Of a stretch of DNA of 64,000 bases, positions 25,746 through 38,964 are shown in pieces (position 1 is the first letter of the stretch; each line of letters starts with the position of its first letter). The stretch comes from Mobula hypostoma. Its lineage: Eukaryota. Under the pieces are notes generated by a model. The model searched no databases and had not been told where the DNA came from. It saw only the letters and a list, made by a program, of their open reading frames with translations. The stretch lies in contig NC_086097.1 in the NCBI RefSeq assembly GCF_963921235.1, forward strand, positions 110,424,001 through 110,488,000. Reading direction: 5' to 3'. The position numbers were made by a program, and so were the translations under genes.

Positions 25746-28700
25746 TTTAATTCCGTGGCTTTTCTTATATTTCTGCAAAAAGCCTGCTGAATATTCGCAA
25801 TTACTTTTAATTTTCAGTTTGTCATGATAGATCATTGCTAGTTTCATGATCAGCATACCATTAAGCAGCATATATTCACTCCAACTCTAATGAATCCACT
25901 CTTTTACTACAAAGATCTTCATTTTTCACTTTATACAGTGTTTTTCTATTTTTCAGTTCATTACGTATGTGAAGTCACTTCTCAGAATTGTCTATGATGT
26001 GCAGAGGCCTGTGCATCACCTGGGAACCTTCTCAGTGCCTTGTGGAAATTTCTATTTGTGTCATCATTTCAGCGCTCAAAAAAATTTTGGATCTCAGAGG
26101 TTTACAGATATTGGAATTTCGGATAAGGGGTACTCATCCTGTTTATGACCCCGATAGTTTTCTAATGGTTCATGCCTACAAAGAAAAGATGATCCTAATC
26201 GTGTCAGAGCACACATTGTTGGTCTAGTTTGGGAATGACAAAAGGAGTAAGACAGTCTCCAGACTGCTGCTGAAGCAATTTAGTGCCACATCAAATATTG
26301 CAGTCATTTTTCACATGTTGGTTCAGTGTATAATTTAGGGAGACTTCCTAAAACCTTGAAAACCATGACAACTGCACGTCTGTAAAACTGCCCAGATGTG
26401 GCCCTTGACAGATCTTTAACACTCTACTAATTCTGGAAACACTAGCCATTTAGTCTCATTCCACAGCCCTCAATTTTTTTATTCTTCCTGTAAGCTGTGG
26501 ATTCTGTTTCTATCACTAGTTCTGGTCAGATATCACATTTTAATATATATTTTAACCATTCTAAGAATGCAAACATTGGTGGTGTTTATCATCTGTTTAT
26601 ATGAATACTCCTTTGTGAGTACTTGTTTAGACAACTTAGCCGATGACATCAGTGTACAACAGGAATCACAAAGAGGTGGGTTCCCTTTCCTGAAGGAAAT
26701 TAATGGTTCTGTACAACACCCAAAATAACACATCCTAATGTCTCCCCTAATCCTATCATCTGGTCACTGATTCATCAACTAGTGGAAATATACTCTTACA
26801 ATTTAAAATCCCAAATATTTTTATCAGTTTGCCTCTTAAGCCTTCTTCCGATAATGGAGTTTTAATTTATCTAGTTGCCTCTCATAAGTAAATCTTCTCA
26901 TCTCTAGTTTCAACCTAGTGATTTAATCCTCTAGAAATAAATGGTCAAAAAGTCGATGCAGATTATTGGAGGGATAGTAAATTAATTAATATCTTAGAAA
27001 ATAACCATACTGCTTCCTACATTTGTTTAAATCTTTTTAACAATGTACTTTAATACTCCATTCTGTCTGCTGCTTCACCAGCGAGTGGGTGTGTTGACAG
27101 CCACTGACCTCTGACTTCTAATTTCCACATAGGAGTTGTGCAGGCTTCCTGCACAAGAAAGGTCACCTATAATTTATCCTGGAGCTCTCAAGTTCAGGGA
27201 TATATTAGGAGTCACATTTATGATCAACAAGTATGACTCATATGGCAATCTCATTTGAACATAAATTTTTAAACCTCTAATGCGGAGCATGCTTCTAATA
27301 AAGAACGTATGCTGTGGGGTGGTTGGAATAGCTTGCACTTTTCACTTTCCCCTTGAGCATGCTGAACTCAACAATCTCAACTTTCATTATTTAGTCCTTT
27401 CAGTGCAATAATACAACATTAAAAGGCTTTTCTCAGTGGCTTTACCAGGTATGGTTCCGAGTCACATGAAAATATATTAGGATGGCTGACTGAAAGCTTG
27501 TTCAAGGAGCCAGGAGAATTAAGGGAGGAAGACAGAGAGAAGGAAAGGCCGAGGAAGGAAATTCTGGAGTTTAGGGCTCAGGCATCTGAAACCAATTGCT
27601 AATCGTGGATGTGCAAGAAGTCCGAATTAGAAGAGAGCTGAGATCCCGGAGGGGTCTGGGTTTTGTGGAGTGGCTGGGAGGTAAGGAGATGTAGGGATTG
27701 AGGCTATAAAATAATTTTAACACAAGTTAAGTATTTTAAAATCAAGACTGATACGAAAAAGTACAGTGACCGTTGTCTGGTCACTTTTTGTCTCGAAGAC
27801 ATTCTGTTGCCAGGATCCAAAAAGGTAACAAAACTCAGGATCTTCGGGGGCATCATTGATACCCCATCCTTTGACCTCTGTCACAGAGACTACCAGCAGT
27901 AAGAACCATAAGGCACTGGAGAGATACCAACAACACCTTCTAAACAGGATTCCGAAAATCCTTGGTTCAAAAAAACATTGTCAAGTCTCTCTCCTTTGTC
28001 GGCATCTCCATCATTGAGGTTCCAATTACACACAGTCAAACTCCAATGGATGGGTTATGTTTGTCTGACCAAACCCAGATGTGAAATACAAGCAGTTACT
28101 CTGTTATGAAAAGACTGACAGAAATTCCCTGCAAAGGAGCACTAAAAAGAGGAGAAGGTGAATTTGGGAAGGCAGGGAAAACCTCAAGTTCCTTAATTCT
28201 GAGCTTTCAGTGGTTCAGTGAAAATGCCAGAAAGAGCTCATCTCCTCACAGTTTCTGCATATGTACCTCTGGAGCTTCTCTGCTGCACTCATGGCAGAGA
28301 AGATGCTTCATTGACTTCAATAACCCCTCAAAGCCTGGCGGTTAACTTTAACCCAAGAGGCAATCTAAGAAAAGGAGAGTGTATCACATGTCTGCTGTCA
28401 GCTACGGCTTTAAGGTAATTAGGTGTCGAATATTTTCACTAGAAGATGCTGGAATCGTTTCAGTTTGGAATTTAATTTAATTAGTCTAATTTATAACAAG
28501 TGTATGGATGTTTTTGGGAAGATTAGTATCAGGAGGTATTTTGTTTGGCAGTATACATGCGCATGATTGAATGAACAAACTGAACTTGAACTTTAACTGG
28601 CAACCTGCCGAATTCCTTCCTGAGCTTTCGCTACACTTCCAGAGAGAAGAATGGGAATGGGTGGCTGAACAAGGAGTGGACTCTGTTCAAACTTGATTTG

Positions 28701-29084
28701 TGATGGGAGTTTCAGGAAAGGGGGCACATCCTCCAGAAATCACAACACCTGCACAGATTAATAGCTGGAAAACAATGCCTGGTCACTGATCTGGCACACG
28801 TCCTGGTTCGGATACATCAAAGCAATCGGTGCTCACCAGCTTTATTGCTGCCCAATTTTGCTAGCTCAACATAAAGGAAGCAGGGTTATTGCATTAAACC
28901 AAAAGCAGCACGGAATAGGAATTGGAGGAATAACATTGCCCCGTGCTTTCTCTGCAGTTCTCAGAAAAATATGATTCCACACTATCATCAAACAGATTGT
29001 GTTAGTGAGAATGAAGCAAAAGTGAGCAGCAGGAGCTGATTCCAATGCAGTAATCAAATAAGATCAAATAGCTGGCATGGATCA

Positions 29085-29150
29085 AATGGCGTGGATTGAT
29101 TAAAGCTCATAAGGTCAAGACCTTATGAGCTTTAATCAATCCACGCCATT
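29085..29150. repeat. Perfect 32-bp inverted repeat with 2-nt spacer
   Basis: AATGGCGTGGATTGATTAAAGCTCATAAGGTC-AA-GACCTTATGAGCTTTAATCAATCCACGCCATT. Confidence 0.97.
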
Positions 29151-29209
29151 CGATTGCTTACTTTTAATCATTCCCTGTGGCTCAAAACCTATCGAATATT
29201 GAAAACTAT

Positions 29210-30350
29210 CACTGGAACCTATCAAATATTGAAAGGCCTAGGTAGATAGATGTGGAGAGGATGTTTCCTATGGTGGAGGAGTCTAAGACCAGAGTACAGA
29301 ATCAAATTTAATATCACCTGCGTATGTCGTGAAATTTGTTAACTTTACGGGAGCAGTACAATGAAATACATGATAAATAAGTATAGAGAAAAAAATTGAG
29401 TTACATTAAATATATATATATTAAATAGTTAATTTAAAATAAGTATTGCAAAATAACTTAAATAAAAAAGTAGTGAGGTAGTGTTTGAGGGTTCAGTGTC
29501 CATTAGGAAATCAGATGGCAGAGGGGAAGAAGCTGTTCCTGAATCGCTAAATCACCTTTAGGCTTCTGTATCTCCTTCCCGACAGTAACAATGTGAAGAG
29601 GGCATGTCCTGAGTGGTGGGGATCCTTAATGGTGGACATCGCCTTTCTAAGGCACCACTCCTTGAAGATACCTGGTACTATGGAAGGTAGTACCCATGAT
29701 GGAACTGACTAATTTTACATGTTTCTGCAACTTATTTCGATCTTGTGCAGTAGCACCCCCACCCCAAATCAGACGGTGATGCAGCCAGTCAGAACGCTCC
29801 CACAGTACATTTGTAGAAGTTCTTGAGTGTTTTAGTTGACAAACCAAATCTCCTCAAACTCCTAAGGAAATATAGCCACTGTCTTGTCTTCCATATAGCT
29901 GCATCAATATGTTGCATCCAGGTTAGGTCCTCAGAACTTGAAATTGCTCACTCTCTCCACCTCTGATCCTTCTATGAGGACTGGTTTGTATTCTCTCATC
30001 CTACCCTTCCAGAAGTCCGCAATCAGCTCTTCGGTCTTTCTGGCATTGAGTGCAAGGTTGCTGCTGCAACACCACTCAACGCAGCTCCAGAATAGAGGGA
30101 TGTCCATTTAGAACAGAAATGAAGAGGAATTTCTTCAGCCAGAAGGTGATGAATCTGTGGAATTCATTGCCACAGACAGCTGTGAAGTACAAGTCATTGG
30201 GTATATTTAAAGTGGAGGTTGATAGGTTTTTGATTAATCAGGGTGTCAAATGTAACTGTGAGAAGGCAGGACAGGGATAATAAATCAGCCACGATGGAAT
30301 GGTTGAGCAGACTTAAAGGGCTGAATAGCCTTATGGTCTCATGGTCTAAT
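29210..30350 (+). mobile_element. CR1 3' fragment interrupted (about 29298-30078) by a minus-strand Rex1-type 3' fragment
   Basis: CR1 end RTEMKRNFFSQKVMNLWNSLP resumes after an insert homologous to 21260-22030. Confidence 0.8.
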
Positions 30351-30508
30351 GTTACCAGGTCACATTTTAACAGAAGAAGAAAAGCAGTGCACTGTTCCAC
30401 CCATTACTAGATATATTTTGCCACGAAAAACTAAAATAGGACTTTTTAATATTATCTTTTGGTCTGAATTTTTTGATGTATTATGAGGCTAAAGTAGTTG
30501 CTGTTATT

Positions 30509-30655
30509 TTACGTGTTTGACATTAGTGTACACGTGTGCAGTTTTGGCTCTTTATCTGTGGAGATTCATGCTGTGGATGGGGCCGCTGTTACATTACGTG
30601 GTTGACGTTAGTGTACACGTGCTCTCTATCTGTGGAGATTCATGCTATGGATGGA
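30509..30655. repeat. Local tandem duplication (about 85-bp period)
   Basis: TTACGTG.TTGAC.TTAGTGTACACGTG...TATCTGTGGAGATTCATGCT.TGGATGG occurs twice. Confidence 0.85.
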
Positions 30656-31034
30656 GTGTCTCAACTGTTCACCAGACTGATTGCAGGACTAATGTATGAT
30701 GTTAGTCTTGTATTCCCTAGAACTTAGAAGGATGAGCAATAGTCTCACATAAACCTACAAAGCAGGACTGGACAGACTAGAGTCAGAAGACACTGCATTA
30801 TGGTAATCTGGAACAAAAAAAAACAAACTGCTGGATAAACTCAAGGGGTCAAGCAGCCACAATGGAGGGAAAGAAATTGCTGATTTCAAGACACTGCATC
30901 AGGGCTGAAAGTGGAGAGGAAAAAAATGGAGGGGAGGTGCCTACAAACTCCACTCACCCGATTCCCTTGGCCAATGGGGTTCTATCTGCCCATCTCTTCC
31001 TTAAATGGTTCTCAATATCACTAACCAGATTCAA

Positions 31035-33060
31035 GTACTTGTAGCCTTGAGGAATTGAAACATGTTCCGAGGGAGCTGAAGGAGAAGATCAAGGTGACTG
31101 AAGAGGAACACAGGAGAGAGATGAAGAACAAGCTTGGACAGAGAAGCACACGGGAGGAGTGGAGAGGTATGAAGAACATCACTGGCTTCAATCAGCCGAG
31201 CTGTACAGTCTTGGAATGCAGCTGTGAGTGGGGTAATGAATTAAACCAATTCCCTTAGGTTTGACAATTGCCCTTTTGTTCACACCCCCTCAGCACAACA
31301 GTCCAGGTGCCCGAGTCACCCAATGCTCCCTCAGCACCAACGCCTCCCCTCCTCCCTCCTCAAATTCAATATGTGGATGAACAATACAGGCTACCACTGT
31401 CTACATCCCTTCCTTGCCCTGCACCTATCATCTACACCTCCACATACCAACTGCTTTCGTCCTGATCTACACCACCCCTAACCCCCACCTTTTACCAACT
31501 CCCCAGTTATCACAGACTCACCTTCACCACTGAGCAGGTGAGAAGGGCTCTGGGGAAACTCAGACACGGCAAAGCATTGGGACTGGATGGTGTGAACCCC
31601 AAGGTCCTGAAGGAGTGTGCTGAGCAGCTGTGTGGAGTTCTCCAGCGCATTTTCAATCTGAGTCTCAGCCCGGAAAGGGTCTCGACTGTGTGGAAAACAC
31701 CGTGTGTGGTCCCAGTACCTAAGGAGAGCCAACTGAAAGTCTTGAATGACTACTGTCCAGTGGCCCTGACTTCACACACCGTGAAGACCCAAGAGAGGCT
31801 GGTCCTGGCTTACCTCAGGCTCCTGATCAGATCAGTTCTCAATCCCTTGCAGTTTGCCTACCGAGAGCACATTGGAGTGGACGCTGCTGTCATCTACATG
31901 CTGAGCAGAGCCTACTCCCATTTGGATAAGCAGGACAGCATTGTGACGATCATGTTTTTTGATTTTTCAAGTGCCTTCAATACCATACAACCTCATTGCC
32001 AGGGGAAAGCTCCATTCTATCCAGGTTAGCACTTCCATTGTAACCTGGATAATGGACTACCTGACTGACAGACCACAGTTTGTGCGGCTTCAGAGCTGTG
32101 TGTCAGACATGACTATAAGCAGCACTGGAGACCCACAGGGGACTGTATTGGCTCCCTTCCTGTTTACCCTGTGTACCTCGGACTTCAGATACAAAACTGA
32201 GTCATGTCATCTGCAGAAATTCTCTGATGACAGCAATAGAGGAGTGTATAAAGGAAGGACGGGAAGATGAGTACAGGGCCATGGTGAAGGACTTTGTCAA
32301 ATATTGCAAGCTGAATCATCTGCAGCTCAGCATTAGTAAGACGAAGGAGATGGTGATGGACTTTAGGAAGACGAGACCTGAACTGCTCCCTGTTACTATT
32401 GGTGGTGAGAACGTGGATGTGGTGAGGACATACCAGTACCTGGGGGTGCACCTGGATGACAGAATTGAGTGGAGCACCAACACAGAGGATGTGTACGAGA
32501 AGGGCCAGAGTCACCTCTACTTCCTGAGGAGACTTTGGAGTATGCAGGTCTCTCCTTCACGTTTCTACCAGCCTGTTGTTGCCAGTACGGTCTTCTATGC
32601 GGAGAAAATAGCTTCAACACGGGTGATGCCAACAGGCTCAATAAACCGATTAGAAAGGCTTGCTTTGTTATAGGAGTTAAGCTGGCCACTGGAGACTGTA
32701 GTAGAACAAAGGACCCTCTGGAAAATCCTGGCAATTCTGGACAATGTTTCTCACCCTCTGCATGCCACCTTGGCTGAATAGAGAAGTACTTTTAGTAATA
32801 GACTAAGACAACTGTGCTGCTCCAAAGAGCACTATATGAGGTCATTCTAACCCTTGGCCATTAGGTTCTATAATGAGTCAACCTATAGCTGGGGAAGTGA
32901 TGACCCCACTCCCGTTAGATTGTTTGAGTTAATTTATTTTTTATTCTTTCTTTCTTCTCTTCTACAAATGTAGTATTTATATCTGTGCACTTGTAATGCT
33001 ACTGTGACACTGTACATTCCTTTCGGATCAACAAAGTACCTACACAATCTAATCTAATCT
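31035..33060 (+). mobile_element. Rex1/Babar-type LINE RT region, frameshifted, inside a Penelope pLTR relic
   Basis: GLDGVNPKVLKEC, LNDYCPVALTS, DFSSAFNTI, PQGTVLAPFLF, FSDDS; (AATCT)3 tail; Penelope pieces at about 30800-31030 and 33060-33200. Confidence 0.88.
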
Positions 33061-33197
33061 TTGTGTCCCATTCATCAACCTCCTACCTCTTTCTCCATTT
33101 TCGATCACTCCTCCTCCACCTATTTGTCCAGCACCCCTCACTTCTCCTTGGACCACCTATCACCCATTGGTCCCTGATTCACCCCTTCCCCTTTATA

Positions 33198-33500
33198 TCA
33201 ATGCAAACTGCCCTTGGGATGGTTGCACTGAGGACGAGATGATTGCCCACCTCTTTGTGGACTGGTGTATCTGCAAAAAGGGTCTGGAGAAATGGTCAAG
33301 ATATCTTGTGTTTCATCCTTAGAGATGCTTTATAGAGGATTCTCTGATCTATGGTCTGCTCCCAAGGATGCCTACATGTACTGCTAGAAGATCATCAACA
33401 GAGTCAACCAAACTCTGCTCTCCCAGTACATTTGGGTGTGTATAAGGGAATGCTGATCATTAGCACACTCCATACTGAGGGATACACTGAAGCAGAGGAA
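33198..33500 (+). mobile_element. Tx1/L1-type LINE C-terminal zinc-finger remnant
   Basis: Translates as NCPWDGCTEDEMIAHLFVDW, a decayed CCHC finger. Confidence 0.45.
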
Positions 33501-34225
33501 TCACAATGGCTTCACAGGGAAGGACTATTCTCGACAGCTGTTTTGTTTCTGGGTACTGATAGACTAATTACAATGTCCCAGCATGTCAACCACTTGAAGC
33601 TGTATCATGTCAGGAAGTGGTATCCTGACCTAAGTGGTAACCACGCTCTGTACACAGAATGTATGACCACCATCAGTGTATCAAACCACTAACACATAAG
33701 GATGCGAAGTTACAGACTTTACACTGGGAACGTAATGAGAGTCATGCACTGTGTTTAGTGTACTTGTGTATATTGAAAAATAAAGGTTATCCATGAAATA
33801 GAAAAAGGAATTCATTTTGCTCCACAGATACTGAGTTCCTTCAGCGGTTTGTTTTTTGTTCTGGACAGAGCTGAAAAGGAGGATCGTTTTGATGGCTGGG
33901 CAGTTCAGCACCAGTGTGGGTCCAATATAAGGATAAGAGGTAAGGCAAGTAGGACAGAGACGAGAAACCTCTTCACTCAAAGTAAACTTCTCTACCACAG
34001 GTAAAAGATGATCACTTTGTCACAAAAAAAAAATTGATATAGTCCTTCGGGCTAAAGGGATCAAGGGATTGGGGAAGACAAAGAACAAGGTACTGAATTT
34101 GGATGATTTGTTACGATCATATTGATGGGCAGAGAAGAGTAAAAAGGCTAATTAGGCTTCTCCCACTGCTAACTTGTAAGTTCCTCTGCAAACATTCTGA
34201 TGTTGTTACTCAGCCACTTGAGCTA

Positions 34226-34439
34226 TCACAAACACGAGAATATCTGCAGACACAGGAAATCAAAGCAACACACACAAAATGCTGGAGGAACTCAGCAGGT
34301 CAGGCAGCACCTATTGAAAAGAGCAAACAGTCGACATTCCCATCCTGATGAAGGGTCTTGGCCCAAAATGTCAAACTGTTTACTCTTTCCCCTAGATGCT
34401 GCCTGGCCTGCTGAGTTCCTCCAGCATTTTGTGTGTGTT
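34226..34439. mobile_element. Fold-back mini Penelope element with hammerhead remnant in its loop
   Basis: 10-bp TSD ACTTGAGCTA (34216-34225, 34440-34449); inverted arms of about 73 bp; loop contains CTGATGAAGGGTCTTGGCCC. Confidence 0.85.
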
Positions 34440-34509
34440 ACTTGAGCTAGCATGTCAGTGCTAGCTTCCTGATTGAGATGTCTATCAGGTTTATTATTTC
34501 TGGTATATA

Positions 34510-35815
34510 CAGTGGCATGCAAAAGTTTGGGCACCCCGGGCAAAATTTCTGTTACTGTGAATAGCTAAGCAAGTAAAAGATGATTTCCAAAAGGCATAAA
34601 GTTAAAGATGACACATTTCTTTAATATTTTAAGCAAGATTACTTTTTTATTTCCATCTTTTACAGTTTCGAAATAACAATAAAGGAAAAGGGCCCAAAGC
34701 AAAAGTTTAGGCACCCTGCATGGTCAGTACTTAGTAACACACCCTTTGGCAAGTATCACAGCTTATAAACGCTTTCTGTAGCCAGCTAAGGGTCTTTCAA
34801 TTCTTATTTTGGGGGATTTTCGCCCATTCTTCCTTGCAAAAGGCTTCTAGTTCTGTGAGATTCTTGGGCCGTCTTGCATGCGCTGCTCTTTTGAGGTCTA
34901 TCCACAGATTTTCAATGATGTTTAGGTCAGGGGACTGTGAGGGCCATGGCAAAACCTTCAGTTTGCGCCTCTTGAGGTAGTCCATTGTGGATTTTGAGGT
35001 GTGTTTAGGATCATTATCCTGTTGTGGAAGCCATCCTCTTTTCATCTTCAGCTGTTTTTTTTACAGACGGTGTGGTGTTTGCTTCCAGAATTTGCTGGTA
35101 TTTAATTGAATTCATTCTTCCCACTATCAGCGAAATGTTCCCTGTGCCACTGGCTGCAACACAAATCCAAAGCATGATCGATCCACCCCATGCTTAACAG
35201 TTGGAGAGGTGTTCTTTTCATGAAATTCTGCACCCTTTTTTCTCCAAACATACCTTTGCTCATTGCGGTCAAAAAGTTCTATTTTAACTTCATCAGTTCA
35301 CAGGACTTGTTTCCAAAATGCATCACGCTTGTTTAGATGTTCCTTTGCAAATTTCTGACGCTGAATTTTGTGGTGAGGACGCAGGAAAAGTTTTCTTCTG
35401 ATGACTCTTCCATGAAGGTCATATTTGTGCAGGTGTCGCTGCACAGTAGAACAGAGCACCACCACTCCAGAGTCTGCTAAAACTTCCTGAAGGTCTGTTG
35501 CAGTCAAACGGGGTTTTGATTTGCCTTTCTAGCAATCCTACGAGCAGTTCTCTCAGAAAGTTTTCTTGGTCTTCCAGACCTCAACTTGACCTCCCCCATT
35601 CCAGTTAACTGCCATTTCTTAATTACATTACGAACTGAGGAAACGGCTACCTGAAAACGCTTTGCTATCTTCTTATAGCCTTCTCCTGCTTTGTGGGCAT
35701 CACTTATTTCAATTTTCAGTGTGCTAGGCAGCTGCTTAGAGGAGCCCATGGCTGCTGATTGTTGGGACAAGGTTTGAGGAGTCAGGGTATTTATAAAGCT
35801 TTGAAATTTGTATCA
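34510..35815 (-). mobile_element. Tc1 transposon, frameshifted, one TIR visible
   Basis: TA + CAGTGGCATGCAAAAGTTTGGGCACCC; transposase pieces [41 protein letters not shown]. Confidence 0.92.
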
Positions 35816-36759
35816 CCACTTTACAACAGTGGTGTGCAGAGAGCTTCTCTGAACACAGAACACATTGAATCTTGACAGGTATGGGCTACAGGAGCAGAAG
35901 ATCACAAACATACACTCAATGGCCACTTTACTAGGTACAGGAGGCATACTTACTGAGTGTATATGAAAATAAATACGTAATGCTCAAAAAGAGACCAAAA
36001 GTACTGAGGTAGTGTTCATTATCCATTCAGAAATCTGGTGGCGGAAGGGAAGAAGCTGTTCCTGAAAAGTTACCTGTGTTTCTTAAGGCTCCTGCACCAC
36101 CTCTCTAATGGTAGTAATGAGAAGAGGGCATATCCTGGGTAATGATGAATGTGACTTTTTTGAGACGTCGTCTTTTGAAGATGTTCTCAATGTTGGGGAG
36201 GCTAGTGCCCATGATGGAGTTGGATAAGTTTACAACCCTCTGCAGATTTTTCTGATCCTTTTTAGAACACTTTCCTAGCCCTGCAAACTTGTGCCATTGA
36301 AATATATAGCTACTTCCTTTTTGTAAGTTATATTAAACCTGCTTCAATCATTCTTTTGGGCTGGCAATGTCAGCTATGGGGGAAAAAAAGCACTTCCAGG
36401 TTGCTTGTTTTGCCAGTCAACTTATATATCTGTCATCTGCTTATCAATCATTTTGCACCAGAACAATTCCTCATTCAAAATCCTCCCTTGATTTTGAACA
36501 GGTCTGTTAATTCTCCTCTTTTCCACGTAGAACAGTACAAGCTTCTCCAATGTCTCGACATTACTTAACGTCCTCATACTTGATAACATAACATGCCAGT
36601 GTGTTAGTTTAGAGGTTATAGAAATACTTTCATGAATTCCTTACAAAGGTCTTTGCACGCATTGAGAAACGGTAGACAACTTTTCCCTTTCAGGGCTGTA
36701 AGGAAATAACTAACAGGTGTTCAAGCATCTGGAGTTAGATCTGAGTGAACCTTCAGGTT

Positions 36760-38090
36760 TAGAAATACAAACATAGAAAACCGACAGCACAATACAGGCC
36801 CTTCGGGCCACAATGCTGTGCCGAACATGTCCTTACCTTAGAAATTACTAGGCTTACCCATAGCACTCTATTTTTCTAAGCTCTATGTACCTATCCAGGA
36901 GCATCTAAAAAGACCCTATCGTATCCGCCTCCACCACCATCGCCAGCACCCCGTTCCATGCACTCACCACTCTCTGTGTAAAAAACTTACCCCTGACATC
37001 TTCTCTCTACCTGCTTCCCGGCACCTTAAAACTGTGCCCTCTTGTGCTAGCCATTTCAGCCCTGGGAAAAAGCCTCTGACTATCCACATGATCAATGCCT
37101 CTCATCACCTTATACACCTCTATCAGGTCACCTCTCATCCTCCACCGCTCCAAGGAGAAAAGACCAGGTTCACTCAACCTATTCTCATAAGGTATGCTCC
37201 CCAATCCAGGCAACATCCTTGTAAATAGCCTCTGCACCCTTTCTATGGTTTCCACATCCTTCCTGTAGTGAGTCGACCAGAACTGAGCACAGTACTCCAA
37301 GTGGGGTCTGACCAGGGTCCTATATAGCTGTAACATTACCTCTCAGCTCTTGAACTCAATCCCACGGTTGATGAAAGTCAATACACCGTATGCCTTCTTA
37401 ACCACAGAGTCAACCTGCACATCAGCTTTGAGTGTCCTATGGACTCGGATCCCAAGATCCCTCTGATCCTCCACACTGCCAAGAGTCTTACCATTAATAC
37501 TACATTCTCCCATCATATTTGACCTACCAAAATGAACAACCTCACACTTATCTGGGTTGAACTCCATCTGCCACTTCTCAGCCCAGTTTTGCATCCTATC
37601 ATTGTCCTGCTGTAACCTCTGACAGCCCTCCACACTATCCACAACACCCCAAACCTTTGTGTCATCAGCAAACTTACTAACCCCTCCCTCCACTTCCTCA
37701 TCCAAGTTCCATACACACTTTTCCACTGTCACACTTGATTGGTCCTATTTTCTCATATCTTATCCTGTTGCTCTTCACAGACTTGTAGAACGCCTTGAGG
37801 TTTTCCTTAATCCTGCTCGCCAAGGCGTTCTCATGGCCCCTTCTGGCTCTCCTAATTTTATTCTTAAACCTCTTCCTGCTAGCCTTTTAATCTTCTAGAT
37901 CTCTATCATTACCTCATTTTTTGAACCTTTCGTAAGTTTTTATTTTCTTCTTGACTAGATTTTCAAATGCCTTTGTACACTATGGTTCATGTACCCTACC
38001 ATCCTTTCCTTGTCTCATTGGAATGTACTGTGCAGAACGCCATGCAAATATCCCCTTAACATTTGAATGTTTCAAATAATATTTACATTT
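36760..38090 (-). mobile_element. CR1 LINE 3' part with internal deletion
   Basis: SKFADDTK, LYRTLVRPHLEYCAQFWS; same family as 46707-48778. Confidence 0.9.
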
Positions 38091-38094
38091 CCAC

Positions 38095-38618
38095 ACAGTA
38101 CTGTGCAAAAGACATTGGCAGATATATTTAGCTAGGGTGTACTGAGATAATTTCATGGATTGCACTGTACTGCTCCCATAAGAAAAACAAATTTCATAAG
38201 ATGTGAGTGATGACAAACCTGATTCTGATACGGCTCTCTATTGTGGTCAGACAGTAGGGAAGGGGCAGGGAGAGGGGAATCATGGTTGAGAAAAGGGGAA
38301 GTGAGATAGGAGGGAGTGGGAAGCACCAGAGAGACATTCTGTAATGATTAATAAACCAATTATTTGGAATCAAATGAGCCTACCTGGTGGCTCAGGGCTG
38401 GTTGTGTCTGCATCTGCACCAACACCCACCCGGCAGTCCTTCGCCGCCACCTGTCCCACACCCCTTCATGCGGCACTCTGACCTCACTATTCCCACCATG
38501 CTTAGGTCCTGTCAGATTTGCAAACTCTCTCTCCCTGCTCCACAGTGACAAATACAGAATTGTGCAAAAGTCTTGGGCACCCTAGCTATGTATATGTGTC
38601 CAGGACTTTTGCACAATG
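38095..38618. mobile_element. Small Tc1-type MITE cluster
   Basis: TGTGCAAAAGTCTTGG / CCAGGACTTTTGCACA inverted termini with TA at 38553-38620; related terminus at 38096. Confidence 0.55.
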
Positions 38619-38964
38619 TAGACTGGAGGGACCAGCCTCTTTTTCTGATATTCCCCCTGTCCACTACTTGTGCATGTCCCAACCTCTTTTCTTTACCCCC
38701 CACCGCCACCCCAGGATGGTGGCAGTTACACGCTCCATCTCCGACAGTTGATCGGATTTGTTTTGCAGTCTAGAGCTCAAACCTTTACATGGGAAGGGAG
38801 AGTGACAGAGAAGCCAAGTGTCATTTCAGTCAAAGTGCTAATCTGTACAAACGATAATAACCTTGTTAGTAATTCAGCGATACTTGCAAACAAATGCAAA
38901 TGGCATCTTAGCCTTTTAACCAAGAATTTCAACATAATCAACCAGACCTGCAGGAAGCTCCACA

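Noticed and set aside
29085..29150. miR-26 or another known miRNA (miR-26a-1 lies in CTDSPL next to human ITGA9)
   Set aside because: The arms do not contain the miR-26 sequence, and a perfect stem with a 2-nt loop is atypical of conserved pre-miRNAs.
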